NCBI GenBank assembly: GCA_035221665.1
Contig: CM069133.1
Span: 20,584,001-20,648,000, forward strand
Reading direction: 5' to 3'
DNA: 64,000 bases
DNA from: Okamejei kenojei
Lineage: Eukaryota
Each line of letters starts with the position of its first letter. The stretch's first letter is position 1. Shown piece after piece: positions 24,940-38,130 of the stretch. Below the pieces are notes generated by a model. That model made no database searches. It was not told the DNA's origin and saw only the letters and a list, made by a program, of their open reading frames with translations. Made by a program: the position numbers and the translations under genes.

Positions 24940-25650
24940 CATAGAGTCATAGTCATAGAGCTTGGAAACAGGCCTTCCAGTCTCTCTAGCCCACAGCCAA
25001 ACAACACGCCTCACCTACACTTGTCCCAACTGCCTGCATTTGGCCCATGTCCATCTATCCATGTCCATTCCTATCCATATACTGTACCTGTCCAAATGTT
25101 TTTTAAACATTGTGATAATACCTGTCTCATCAACCTCCTCTGGCAGTTCTTTCCATACGCCTTTGTGAAAAAAATTCTCCTCAGGTTCCTATTAAATCTC
25201 CAACTCTCCCCTCACCTTAAACCTCTGTTCTCTGATTCCGGATTCTCCTTCTCCAGGCATTTACCCAATCAATTCCTCTCGTGATCTTATTCATCTCTAT
25301 ACGATCACCCCTCATTTTCCTGCGCTCTCAGGAATAAAGTCCTAGCCTGCTCAACCTCTCCTTATAACTCAGGCATCTCGAGTCCTTTCAAGAGAGAGCT
25401 TGATAGGGCTCTTAAAAATAGCAGAGTCAAGGGATATGGAGAGAAGGCAGGAACGGGGTACTGATTTGGGATGATCAGCCATGATCAGTTGAATGAGGTT
25501 CTGGCTCAAAGGCCAAATGGCCTACTCCTGCTCCTATTGTCTATTGTCTATTGTCTATTGTCTGTTGTCCTGGCCACATCCTTGTAAATCGTCTCTGCAC
25601 GCTTTCGAATATAGCAACATCTTTCCTATAACATGGGTAACCAGAACTGA
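24940..25650 (-). mobile_element. CR1 fragment containing an oppositely oriented CR1 3' end (~25385-25565)
   Basis: CR1 3' UTR motifs on both strands; (TCTATTG)n tail at ~25533-25565. Confidence 0.75.
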
Positions 25651-25897
25651 ACACAATAACAGTTCCTTGTTTCTTTGTTAAATATAAAGGGCTTTTGAAC
25701 AGACTATGTTAAATATAAAGGGCTTTTGAACAGAGTCTCAACCCGAAACGTCACCTATTCCTTTGCTCCAGAGATGCTGCCTCACCCGCTGAGTTTCTCC
25801 AGCATTTTTGTCTACCTTCATTTTTTTCCAGCATCTGCAGTTCTTTCTTAAACGTAAAATAAAGACTTTCAACTACCCTTTATATTCAATATAATTT

Positions 25898-26180
25898 CTA
25901 AGATGCCCGAAAGCCTTTGGCCCACCGGGTCCGTGCTGACCAGCCATCCCTGCACACTAGCACTATCTCACACGCACAAGGGAAAATTTACAATTATACC
26001 AAGCCAAATAACCTACAAACCTCTACATGTTTGGAGTGTGGGAGGAAATCGGAACTCCCAGAGAAAACCTACGCAGGTCACAGGGAGAACGTACAAACTC
26101 CTTACAGACAGCACCCGTCGTCAGGATCGAACCCGGGTCTCTGTAAGGCAACAATTCTACCGCTGAACCACCAGGCAGCC
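25898..26180 (-). mobile_element. V-SINE
   Basis: V-domain and B-box-like GGTTCGATCC on minus. Confidence 0.85.
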
Positions 26181-27993
26181 CATTAAGCAAATTAAAATTT
26201 TAAAAAGTTTCCTTTTCTCCAGAGATGCTGTGTGGCCCGCTGAGTTACTCTAGCTTTTTGTGTCTATTTTACGCAAATTAAGTGCATTAATGAATTATAA
26301 GGGGCTTCTGTAAGGTGCAATGGCTGGAAGCATAATTTAACCTTGCAACAACTGGAGATCCTTTCTCCCAGTGGCTATCAAACTGTGCAACTCCTCCCCC
26401 TTCTGTCGTGGTAAACTGACTCCCCTCCCAAATCTTTGCACATCCCCAATCCTTTCCACTTGTCACTTTAATTTCATGTTTCATACATTTGCGTTTTATG
26501 ACTGTTGACAGATCAATTTCCCCTCCTGGGATCAATAAAGTTCTATCGTATCGTATCGCATCGTCGAACTTCATTTGCCCCTTAGGGAAACTGGCCAGTA
26601 TGTCTGAATTGAAGGATGTTAAAAGATCCTCTTGAATTTGCAGTAGATCAAGGCTTCTATTTGCCATCGGATTTCCTCCATGATATGTGGCTGGGGTCTG
26701 AATCATCAGCAGGATTGCAGGACGGATTTGTTAGCCCTTGAGCCCGATTTGCATTTCAATGACAGACCCCCAGGATGTGCTTCACTATCATTTCTCAATC
26801 TAATCACACCAAGGGAAAGGCTTCACATAATTGGTTTCCTTGCATGGCGATTCCTTTTTTTTCCAGATAGCATCATTGTGTGAAATTGCCCCCTTCTTAT
26901 GCAAATGCCACATTTGTCCAAGTTCACAGCAAGCCATAGGAAAGAAAAGCACAAAGTGCTGGAGTAACTCAGCGGCATCTCTGGAGGACGAAGATTAGTG
27001 ACGTTCCGGGTCAGGACTCAGACTGATTGCAACAGGGTGGAGGAAGCTGGAAACTAAGTGGGGGCGGGGCAAAGCCTGACAATAGATGGACACAGACTGC
27101 TGGAGTAACTCAGCGGGAGAGGCAGTATCTCTGGAGAGAAGGAATGTGCGACGTTTCGGGTCGAGACCGTTCTTTAGACCCAACCCGAAACGTCACCCGT
27201 TCCTTCTTTCCAGAGGTGCGGCCTGTCCCGCTGAATTACTCCAGCATTTTGTGTCTATCTTTGGTTTAAACCAGCATCTGCAGTTGCTTCCAACACAAGT
27301 TAGGTAGATATAGATGGGGGAAGATAGTGGCATTTAAGTGGATTTTGGATACTTGTATATGCAACGAATGGAGGGATATGTATCACATGCAAGGAAAGGA
27401 GATTAATTTCACTTTGTATCACGTTTCAGCATTGACATCGTGGACCAAAAGTCCAATTCCTGTGCTGTACTATGTTTTATGTTCTCTATGTAATGCTCTG
27501 AATTCAACCATCTATTGGTGCTGGTATTGGTTTATTATTGTCATGTGCACTGAGATACAGTGAAAAACGTAGTTTGCGAGCTACACCAAAAGGCACAAAG
27601 TGCTGAAGTAACTCAGCAGGTCATGCAGCATCTCTGGAGAACATGGAGAGGTGACGTTTCAGGTCGAGAACCTTCTTCAGATCTTGTAGAAGGTAGTCAA
27701 AAAAAACTCAGCGGGTGAGGCAGCATCTACGGAGCGAAGGAAATAGGCGACGTTTCGGGTCGAAACCCTACTTCAGACCCACAGAGGGAAGGCAGTGAGA
27801 GAGGAGGTCGTTAAACTGTCTTTGGAGGGGGGAGGGGACCGTCTTCAAAGTAGGCATACCTTGAGGAGATATCGCAGTGGAGTAGACAAAATGCTCAAGA
27901 AGGAACTGCAGATGCTGGAAAATCGAAGGTAGACAGAAAATGCTGGAGATACTCAGCGGGTGAGGCAGCATCTGTGGAGCGAAGGAAATAGGC

Positions 27994-28021
27994 AACGTTT
28001 CGGGTCGAAACCCTTCTTCAG
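27994..28021 (-). ncRNA. Minimal hammerhead motif, UUCG-loop/GUU variant, within a cluster of modules (~27590-28025)
   Basis: Minus strand CTGAAGA A GGGT TTCG ACCC GAAAC GTT. Confidence 0.7.
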
Positions 28022-29189
28022 ATGTTATAGATGTGTATTTGTCCCTGCTATACTGACTTGTTGCTTTGTTTCAATTGGAGTACACTGGTATATTCTATTG
28101 TAGAACATAATCCATGTGTAGGAATGTATTGTTTGCATCCATGTCTATCGACAACAAAACTCTATGTACTGTTATTACTTGTTGGCAATAGCGTCTTTCA
28201 AACGGCATTCAGCTGTTTTGGACTATCTCTGCAATATTATTTTGAGACATCAGCACATCTTGAAACTGTCAAGCAATTACATGGGAGCATCAGGATCAGG
28301 AGCTACATTTATCACCGTACATGCTATCAATATCCAACTTTCACTAATTCGTCAACAAGCAGAACAGATTAATAAATATCTCAAGAATGCAAGAAGCGTG
28401 AATGGGCCTTTCAGTTGTTCCACCATTCGATTAGACCGTGGCTTACCGTTCACCTCACCTCCTCTTACCACCACCAACCCCACAACCTTAGATGCCCCTA
28501 ATATCCGGAGGATCCGGCTTGGGGCACCGCCATGAGGGAGGGGGAGGAACAATGGATAATGGAGGATCTGGTGCGGGGGAGACCACCATGTGGGAGGGGG
28601 AGGGGGGGTGAAAAAAGGGGGACCTGGCACGGGTGTACTTTGTAACTTTGTCAGCACCTTAATGGGCGACCATTTGCACACCTTGGGTAAGCAAGCAAAG
28701 AATTCCACCATGACTTGTCACATGTGACGATAAAGTATTCATTAATTCATTCATTCACATGCAACAATCTTTGTCTTGAATATGCTCAGTGCCAGAACAT
28801 CCACAGTCTTCTCAGAAACAGATTTCCGAAGAATCAAGAGTCAAAGAATCTTTTATTTGTCATATGCATCAGATATGAATCAGAGCAATAAAATTCCCCC
28901 CCCGAAACGTCACCCATTCCTTCTCTCCAGAGATGCTTCGTGTCCCGCTGAGTTACTCCAACTTTCTGTGTCTTATCTTTGGTTTAAACCAGCATCTGCA
29001 GTTCCTTTCTGCACAATGAAATTCGTACTTGCTGCAGCTTTCACAGGCACATGAGTCACAATGACTACAATCGCAGTTTAACAACCGCAAAAATAAATAT
29101 CCAATAAATTATCCATGATTCCAAGTAAATGACCATGACAGTGCAAAACCAAAGTATGGAGAGCAAACAAAGGAGGTCAAAGAACCTGA

Positions 29190-29332
29190 TGATTCTTCTT
29201 CTTTTGTGTGGCGTGCACAGCCTAAAGGTGTAGGACAACTTGTTCTATTTGATCTTCCGTTTGTGCACGTCGAGTTGATTGCATTAGTCGAAACCGGGCG
29301 GACCACATGAAGGTTGCAATCTTCCACCCCAC
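29190..29332 (-). mobile_element. Probable RTE-type LINE/SINE 3' end
   Basis: Short segment ending in an (AAG)n tail on minus; clade assignment from tail type and recollection only. Confidence 0.35.
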
Positions 29333-29356
29333 CTGATGATTGAATGGGAGGAAGTT

Positions 29357-29870
29357 AGACAATAGACAATAGACAATAGACAATAGGTGCAGGAGTAGGC
29401 CATTTGGCCCTTCGAGCCAGCACCGCCATTCAATGTGATTACGGCTGATCGTCACCAATCAGTACCCCGTTCCTGCCTTCTCCCCATATCCCCTGACTCC
29501 GCTATTTTTAAGAGCCCTATCTAGCTCTCCCTTGAAAGCATCCAGAGAACCTGCCTCCACCGCCCTCTGAGGCAGAGAATTCCACAGACTCACCACTCTC
29601 TGTGAGAAAAAGTGTTTCCTCGTCTTCGTTCTAAATGGCTTACTCCTTATTCTTAAGCTACGGTCCCTGGTTCTGGACTCCCCCAACATCGGGAACATGT
29701 TTCCTGCCTCTAGCGTGTCCAAGCCCTTAACAATCTTATATGTTTCAATGAGATGCCCTCTCATCCTTCTAACTCCAGGGTGTGCAAGCCCAGCTGCTCC
29801 ATTCTCTCAGCATATGACAGTCCCGCCATCCCGGGAATTAACCTTGTAAACCTACGCTGCACTCCCTCAA
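29357..29870 (-). mobile_element. CR1-clade LINE 3' fragment
   Basis: RFTRLIPGMAGLSYAERMEQLGL, MRGHLIETYKIVKG...; (TCTATTG)n tail. Confidence 0.9.
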
Positions 29871-30325
29871 GTTCTTCATGAACCTTGAGGTAATAGATCT
29901 CAAACTCCTGCACCACCTTCCTGAAGGTGGCAGTGAGACGGACCATGGCCAGGGTGGTGTGATTCCTTGATGATATCTGGGTGATGGGTCCAGGACAGAT
30001 CACCAGGGATATGTGTACCCAGGAAATTGAATCTGTTGACTGACTCCACTTTCATCCTGCCAATGAAGACAGATGGGGGCTTCTGTTGCTGCATAATGTT
30101 CTCCCTTTCAAAGAGTGCGTAAAAGGCATTGAACTCATTCTGCAGTTTAGTTTAGTTTAGTTTAGTTTATTATTGTCACGTGTACCACGGAACAGTGAAT
30201 GTTTTTTGTGTTGCATGCTATCCTGTCAACAGAAAGGCTATAGATGATTACAACCAAACCGTCCACATTGTACAGATGCAGGATAAAGATTAGTGCATGT
30301 TTAGTGTAAGATAAACTCCGGTAAA

Positions 30326-31833
30326 ACCTTTCAGGGACCCAAGCAATCCTTCCAGGTCCGACAGAGGTTCACCTGCGCCTCCTCCAACCTCATCTACTGC
30401 ATCCGCTGCTCCAGATGCCAGCTGATCTATATCGGTGAGACCAAGTGGAGGCTTGGCGATCGTTTGCCGAACACCTCCGCTCGGTCCGCAATTTACTTTT
30501 AAAATATATTTCAAAATATACTTTGATAAATATATACAATACATTAACCTTGCGGAAAATCCATCCGAACATTTTCGGAGGCTGTACAATAGATCAATAC
30601 AGTTTAGACATTTCTTTTCCCCAAGTTTCCACAAATCAGTCCCCCACTCGTGCCACAATGGCGTGGGATACCTTCCCTTATATTGAGGGGCGTCTCCACA
30701 TACCGTACCCCCCATGTCCAGCAGCGGAAGGGCGTTAGACTGTGGCCCTCCCCCACCGAGCCTTGGCGTTGGCTGCACCGAGCTTCAGTGCGTCCCTCAG
30801 CACGTACTCCTGCAGTCTGCAGCGGGCCAGTCGGCAACATTTCCCTGACGGACATCTCGCTCTGCTGGGTGGTGAACAATGCCCGGGCAGACCAAAGGGC
30901 GTCTTTTACCGAGTTGATGACCCTCCAGCAGCACTCGATGTCAGCCTCTGAATGTGTCCCTGGGAACAGTCCGTAAATCACAGAGTCCTCTGTGACGCAG
31001 CTGTTCAGGATAAAGCGTACCAGGGACCCTTGCATTTTTCTCCAGACTCTTTTAGCAAACCCACACTCTGTGAAGAGGTGGGCAACCGTCTCCTCGCCAT
31101 AGCAGCCGTCCCGAGGGCAGCGTGCGCTGGCAGTGGGTTCCGACGGTGCAGGAAGGATCTGACTGGGAGGGCTCCCCTCACCGCCAGCCAAGCCAGGTCT
31201 TGGTACTTGTTGGTGAGTTCTGGCGATGAGGCATTTTGCCAGACGAGCTGGGCAGTCTGCTCAGGGAACCACGCCACCGGGTCCATAGAGTCCTTTTCCC
31301 TGCAGTGCCTGCAGGACATTCTGTGCTGACCACTGCCCAATGGACATGTGGTCAAAGGTGTTGGTCCGGAAGAACCCTTCCACCGACGACAGATGGGGCG
31401 GCAATGTCCAGCTGACTGGCACATTGCGTGGCACCTGCGCCAGGCCCATCCTTCTCAACACCGGGGACAGGTAGAACCTCAGCAGGTAGTGACACTTGGT
31501 GCCCACGTGCCTTGGCTCTACACTCCGCCTGATGCAGCCACACACGAAGGTGGCCCTCAGAAGTTGGGCACGCTTTTACCCCGTTGTCTGCTGACTTGTA
31601 CATTTGTACATTTATTGCAGACCGCTCGGTCTGTTAACCCTTGCTGTCTCCTCCCCTTCCCACCTCTCCTCAGCCCTCAGGCTCCTCCTCCTCCTTTTTC
31701 CTTTCTTCTTCTCCCCGACACCGCCACCTCCCATCAGTCTGAACAAGGGTTTCGGCCCGAAACGTTGCCTATTTCCTTCGCTCCTTAGATGCTGCTGCAC
31801 CCGCTGAGTTTCTCCAGCCTTTTGTGTACCCCC
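30326..31833 (+). mobile_element. PLE fragment split by a Tx1 LINE
   Basis: GIY-YIG piece (IYCIRCSRCQLIYIGETK) at 30326-30492; 3' terminal module resumes at ~31621-31833. Confidence 0.8.
30493..31575 (-). mobile_element. Tx1-clade LINE ORF2 C-terminal fragment (zf-RVT), frameshifted
   Basis: WQNASSPELTNKYQDLAWLAVRGALPVRSFLHRR; CPRDGCYGEETVAHLFTECGFAKRVW (CCHC); VKDALWSAR. Confidence 0.85.
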
Positions 31834-32662
31834 GATTAAAGATAATTTGAAGGTCCCCAATTTTGTAGGTGGTAGTTCAGGACCGATCTTTATTGCGTTC
31901 TAAAGACGATTTCTGTTCTAATGCAGTTAACATTTTTCAGTATCTTATTCTCTTATACACTAAAAACTACAATGAATTTATTTAATAACCTCACAGAAAT
32001 AGCAAACAAGATTTGGTGCAGAACTAATAACCTAATTATGTGACACATACATCAAACTTCAAAGGAAACCTCTTCCCTTGAGGTGTTATAAGAAAGATTG
32101 CAAAATTTACATAATGTTAAGTATGTATTTTGTTAATTGTATTATGGAACTAATGACTATAAGAACTATAATTATATAGACCGCTACATAAGAATTATAA
32201 TCTGGCAGTTTGTCAATATAGATGCCAGGGGAATATATCTCCTGGCCAGAATATCTAGAATCTATTTGTGAGAGAAGCTTCAAATTACATGTAGGAAGGA
32301 ACTGCAGATGCTGGTTTACACCGAAGATAGACACAAAATGCTGGAGTAACTTTTCAGACCCTTCTTCAGACTGAGAGTAAGGGGAGAGGGGAGACATAGA
32401 GGTAAGGTGTGAAAACACCGATCAAAGGAGCCGATGATCAGGGAAATGTGGGAGGGATGGTGCATTGTTAGCTGCGGGGAAGGTGACAACGAGGCTTAAC
32501 ACAGAGTAGTGGGTACACAAAAAGCTGGAGAAAACTCAGCGGGTTGCGCAGCATCTAAGGAGCGAAGGAGATAGGCGACGTTTCGGGTCGAGGACCCTTC
32601 TTCAGACTTTACACAGAGTTAGTATTTATCAGGAGGACAACAACTGGTCGGAGAGCTGGTCG

Positions 32663-33810
32663 ACTATTGATGAGGCTCGCACCAGGGTCTCCTCCCTTCA
32701 GAGAACGGGGATTCCCCTCCCCCACTATTGATGAGGCTCGCACCAGGGTCTCCTCCATACCCCGCCAAACACTGCCCTCGATCCCCATTCCCCCACTCGC
32801 AAACAGGGCAGAGTCCCCTGGTCCTCACCTTTCACCCCACCAGCCGGCAATACAACATATAGTCCTCCGCCAATTTCGCCACCTCCAACGTGACCCTCCA
32901 CCCGCCACATCTTCCCATCTCCCCCCTGTCTGCCTTCCGCAAAGACCGCTCCCTCCGCAACTCCCTTGTCCATTCTTCCCTCCCCTCCCACTCTACCCCT
33001 TCCCCGGCACTTTCCCTTGCAACCGCAAGAAATGCAACACTTGTCCCTTCACCTCCCCCCTCCACTCCTTTCAGGGACCCAAGCAGTCCTTCCAGGTCCC
33101 GACAGAGGTTCACTGCACCTCCTCCAACCTCATTACTGCATCCGTTGCTCCAGATGCCAGATGATCTATATCGGTGAGACCAAGCGGAGGCTTGGCGATC
33201 GCTTCGCCGAACACCTCCGCTCGGTCCGCAATAACCAACCCGACCTCCCGGTGCTCAGCACTTCAACTCCCCTCCCATTCCACATCCGACCTCTCGGTCC
33301 TGGGCTCCTCCACGGCCCAGAGTGAGCAACACCGCAAGCTGGATGGAGACAGCACCTCATATTCCGCTTGGCGGAGTCCACTGCATCCTTTGGGCTTGAA
33401 TATTGAATTTTCTCAATTCTGTTAACCCTTGCTGTCTCCCTCCCCGCTTCCCACCTTCCCTCAGCCCTCGGGCCCTGGCATTCCCTCTATCTCTATCTCC
33501 CATCCCCCACCCAAGTCGCACCAGCTTCTCATTTTCACTACCACAAAACAGGCGTACCAATGGCTTGTTCCCTTTTATCACCGATATACTATTTTTGCAT
33601 ATCTTTCACTCATTGTTCCATTATCTCTCCACATCACCAATCTATGTCTCTCGTATTCCCTGATCCCTGGACCAGTCTGAAGAAGGGTCTCGACCCGAAA
33701 CGTCGCCTATCTCCCTTCGCTCCTTAGATGCTGCTGCACCCGCTGAGATTTCTTCCAGCTTTTTGTGTACCCTCGATTCCTCCAGCACTTCTGCAGTTCC
33801 CTTTTTAAAA
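32663..33810 (+). mobile_element. Penelope-like retroelement, 5' truncated, with GIY-YIG endonuclease remnant and hammerhead-bearing terminal repeat
   Basis: GTFPCNRKKCNTCPF (Zn linker) and YCIRCSRCQMIYIGETKRRLGDRFAEHLRSV (GIY-YIG); frameshifted; inverted terminal copies lie upstream at ~32290-32660. Confidence 0.9.
33677..33704 (+). ncRNA. Minimal hammerhead ribozyme motif, intact core, in PLE terminal repeat
   Basis: CTGAAGA A GGGT CTCG ACCC GAAAC GTC; loopless palindromic helix III (ACGT). Confidence 0.75.
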
Positions 33811-34784
33811 ACTCGGTTCGGGAAACAACCAGGATTGGTGAGGGACGACGAGAGGAGAGGAAAGCCAAGAGTTACTCATAAATTGGGGCTCCCCATGACT
33901 GCGTGGATTATCTCCAGGGTGCTTCTCATTTCAGCTCCACCAATCCAAAGAGGTGCAAGTTTGTAGGTTTGTAGGTTTAGGTAGTTAATTGGCTTCTGTA
34001 AATTGTCTCCAGAGTGTGTAGGATATGAACTAGTGTTATGGGATCGTGGACAGTCGGTGCCGTGGGTAATCTCACGACGGGTCGCCAATGTCCGACAGCG
34101 CTTCGCGCCTGTGGACTTCGGTAGCCGTGCGGCCTCTCGTGTGAAGGCAGGCGGCCGCTCCCAGACATACCGAGCCGCTGAGAGTGTTTCACCCGACGCC
34201 CTGAGCTTCACTCCGCGAGAGGCCTGAAGCATCGGGGCTGCTGTTAGCGGCGACTGCGACGAACGGCGAACTGCGGAGGCCTCAATAGGCCCGAACTATG
34301 GGTGTGAAACTGGGACGGGACCTTTTGCTGTGCCTGGCCCCGCCATCCCCCGCACAGGGGAACCATTCGTGTGGGATATTTTCAATGCTTATTGTTAAAT
34401 TCTCTAAAGTTGTGTCTATTCTTTACTTCTGTGGTGGCTGCAATGGCAAGTTCAAAGTTCTCACTACACAATTGGTGTATGTGATTTTAATAAATGTCCT
34501 TTGTAATCCTTTGTTCTGTTGCAAGTAAGAATTTCATTGTTCTGTTTGGGGCCATATAGACCAATAAAACAACTTTCGACTCTTGAATCTTGACTTGAAA
34601 TCCAGCACAGCATATAACGAGGTGGTGGGTACCTTATCCCATAATGAGGAGCAGAGCATGAATTTTCCTTACCACGTGATTCCACCACAGTCACGACGTT
34701 ATTCCCATCTCCCCCCTTTCCACTTTCCATTAAAGGAACCTACTCCCTCTCCGCAACTCCTCGCTTCACTTTATCCCGAGAGTC

Positions 34785-35770
34785 AGAGTTATCCGAGTGA
34801 TACAGTGTGGAAGCAGGCCCTTCGGGCCACAACTATGCCCACACCGGCCACACATGTACTCTGCTACTCTCTTGTCCCACCTGCCAGCAATTTGGTTCCA
34901 AATCCCCCCAAACCTGTCCTATCCAATTAACCTGTCTAGTAGCTTCTTAATTGTTAGGATCGTCCCTGGCCTCAACATACAACCTCTGGCAGCCTTGTTC
35001 CCATACATACACCACCCTTTTGTTGTGAAACAATGTTTTATCCCTCAGATTCCTATTAAATCTCTCCCTTTTCACCTTAATCTATGTCTCTGGTTCTCGA
35101 ATTCCACCTACTCTGGGTCATAGAGATCTCTGTGTGTACTAACCCGATCTATTGCTTCATGAATCTTTTTACACCTCTTTAAGATTACCCTTCTTCCTCC
35201 TGCGTTCCATGGATAGAGTCCCAGCCTACTCAAACTCTGCCTCTTAGCTCAGAACCCTCTAGTTCCTGGGCAACATGCTCGTAAATCTTCTCTAGTATCA
35301 CTTTGCAGCTTGAAACAGTACTCATCCTAACTGCTGATCTATTCTCTCCCTCCTAACCCTATTCTCTGGCCTATCTGCCCATGACCCCTGACCCCCCGTA
35401 CCAGTCAATTAATCTATCTATCTCTGCCTTAAATATATCCACGGATGGCCTCCACAGCCTTCTGTGGCAAAGAATTCAACAGATTCACACACCGTCTTGA
35501 CTACAGAAATTCCTCTTTCATCTGCCTTTCCTAACAGAAAGTCCTTTAATATTTGAGGCTATGTCCTCTAATTTCTAAACTCTCCCACGAGCGAGGAAAA
35601 CATCCTCCACACCATCCACCTCCATCCAGCAGCCCTTTCACTATTCTGTGAGTTTACAAATGACGATCCCTTTCCCCCCCCTCATTCTTCTAAAACTATC
35701 TCCAGCGAGTACAGGCCCAGAGCCGGTCCACATAAACCCTCATCACATGTTAAGTCATTCCTGGGACTCA
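34785..35770 (-). mobile_element. Two adjacent CR1 3' fragments, indel-rich
   Basis: CR1 3' UTR and ORF-end motifs recognisable at DNA level. Confidence 0.7.
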
Positions 35771-36499
35771 TGCTTTGCTAACCTATTTTAAAACTCATCC
35801 TTCCCATTCCCATGGCCAGTCTCATGAAGGGTCTTGACCCGAAACTTTCAGCTATTTCCTTTTCATCAGAGTGATGCTTTGCCGGACCCACACTGAGTTA
35901 CTCCGGCAATTTTGCGTTCCAACTTCGGTTGTTAAACCAGCTATCTGCAAGTTATATCCTCCAAAAAAAAACATCACCAAACCTTTCTGTTTTGGGTCTC
36001 ACTCCAGTTGCCCAGTGAGTGAGGCCAAACTTGGAGGTGAACAAGCACCTCACATTCTACTTGGGTGGTGGGTTTTACCACCACAATGGTGATGAACATC
36101 AATGATGTCCAATTTTAGCGTACATGATCCTCCTCTTTTTGCCCTTCCCCTTCAGATTGCATCCTCCACTCCCACCTGTCCCTGTGTACCTATTTCGCCC
36201 ACTTATATCACCCTCTTTCCGTCTTCTCACCACCATTTCCACCCCTTCTCCATCCACCCATATCTTCCTCCTACCCTCAGGGGCTTTACCACTTCATCCC
36301 TTATCTGACTCCCTTTGTACTCCTTTCCATCTCACCAGCCTAATGCCTCAACTCATCCATCAATCAAACCCCACCGCCTCCCCCTTTTCCACATCCACCT
36401 GTTCACTTGCCAGGCTTTTGTCCTGCCCCCACCACTTTTCTCAGCTTTTTCTCCCCCCCACCTGTGAAGAAGGATCCTCACCCAAGGCTGTCTTGGAAG

Positions 36500-37350
36500 A
36501 AGGGATAGGACGAGGACCCACGATCCTTGTTTCTATCCAACTCGGGTCGATTGTGAGGGACGGTTGGAGAGGGTCCAAAACCTTCAAACTCCTGGGCGGT
36601 TTGCATCATCTTCCTGAATGATCTTATCCTGGGACCCAGCACACTGGATGCAAATTTATAAAGAAGTCACATCAGCGCCTCTACTTCCTGAGGAAAGACT
36701 TACGGAGATTCGGTATGTCAAAAGGGAGGATTCTCTTGAACACACTGCAGGTGCACAGTTAGTAGGAGAGCATTTACAGACTGGCTGCTATCTGGCATCG
36801 TTGGCCTGGTTCGGGGCAAACTTGAACGTCCAGGAGTGGGAAAAAAAGTCTGCAAAAAGTTGTGACCATCTGCAGCAGTTCCATCACCGGCTCTGAACCA
36901 TCCCCACCATCGAATGGAATCTATCCGCAGTCGCTGCCCCAAAAAAGGCAGACAACATCATCATCAATGACCACACCATCCTGGCCCACGCACTCATCTC
37001 TCCGCTGCCCATCGGGGAAGGGAAGAAGGTGCAGGAGCCTGGGGAAGTGTAAAACTGTAACGTCCAGGTTCAGGGGAACAAGCTTCTTCCCTGCAGCCCA
37101 CCAGGCTATTAAACACGACAACAAATAAGCTCTGAACAGGCAACATACTATCTGTATTTATTACAACTATATTTGTTATTTTATTTGATATTGAGTGGTT
37201 TGTGTGCATGTGTATACACAGGGCACCTGAAACATGTTTTTCTCGCCCGTTATTGTAACTAGTGTTTTAACATACTCTGTTATGCTCAACAAGTAATGAA
37301 TTTCATTTGTCCTATCTGGCGACATATGACAATTTTAAAACGCATCTTTG
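36500..37350 (+). mobile_element. Rex1/Babar LINE 3' fragment, indel-rich
   Basis: Colinear with the copy at ~19350-20005 (CATCAGCGCCTCTACTTCCTGAG; CACACCATCCTGGCC). Confidence 0.8.
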
Positions 37351-37409
37351 ACTGTTTCATTCCCTTCGCATCATGCTGCCGGGAGCTGGTGAGTTACTCC
37401 AGCACTTTA

Positions 37410-38130
37410 GTCCGCGCCCGACCAGTGATCCCCACACACTAACACTGTCCTGCACACACTAGGGACAATTTTTATAATTTTACCAAGCGCCATGTAACCG
37501 GCAAGCCTGCTTGTCTTTGGAGTGTGGGAGGTAAATTACCGGAAGAAAACGACACGCAGAACCACGGGGGGGGGACGTACAAACTCCGTTTACAGCCATG
37601 CGCCATAGTCAGGAATCGAACCTGGGTCTCTGGCGCTGTAAGGGCAGCAAAGCTTACCGTCTGCGCCACGTCGGGCACGCTCATTTTACTCCAAGATCCC
37701 AGCTATCCTATCTGCCAGCGCTCATCTGCGACTCAGAATTCCTTCTCCTTAACTTTTTAAAGAGTGGCACTGGTGCCGCAGTGGGTAGAGTTGCTTGCCT
37801 TTTACGGCACTCATGAGTGCCAGATGATCAGGGCTCGATCTTGACTACTGGTGCATGTCTGTACGAAGAGTTTCGCACCGATCATCACCCGTGGACCTGT
37901 GTGGGTTTTCTCCGAGAATCTTCGGCTTTCCTCCCCCACTCCAAAGACGTACAGGTTTGTAGGTTTAAATTGGCTTGGTATGAATGTTAAATTGTCCTTT
38001 TAGGGGGTGTTTTTTGTGTAGGATAGTGTTATTGTTGCGGGGATCGCTGGTCAGACTAGATTTGACGCGTTGTGTCGAAGGGCTGTTTTTCTCTGTTAAC
38101 CCCCTCGAACTCCCCCCCCCCTAAACTCAA
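37410..38130. mobile_element. Head-to-head pair of V-SINEs (minus ~37410-37680, plus ~37765-38130)
   Basis: V-domain on each strand. Confidence 0.75.

Noticed and set aside
25676-25733. 31-bp direct duplication next to a hammerhead module (a similar 36-bp-period duplication is at ~3056-3119)
   Set aside because: Both copies are on the same side of the module, so it is not a TSD; probably local slippage.
26560-26940. 139-aa minus ORF (26287-26706) as an exon
   Set aside because: It runs from unique sequence into a Rex-type repeat and shows no recognisable homology.
28164-28420. Possible coding exon in a non-repeat segment
   Set aside because: No recognisable domain or convincing splice-site pair; needs RNA-seq or tblastn.
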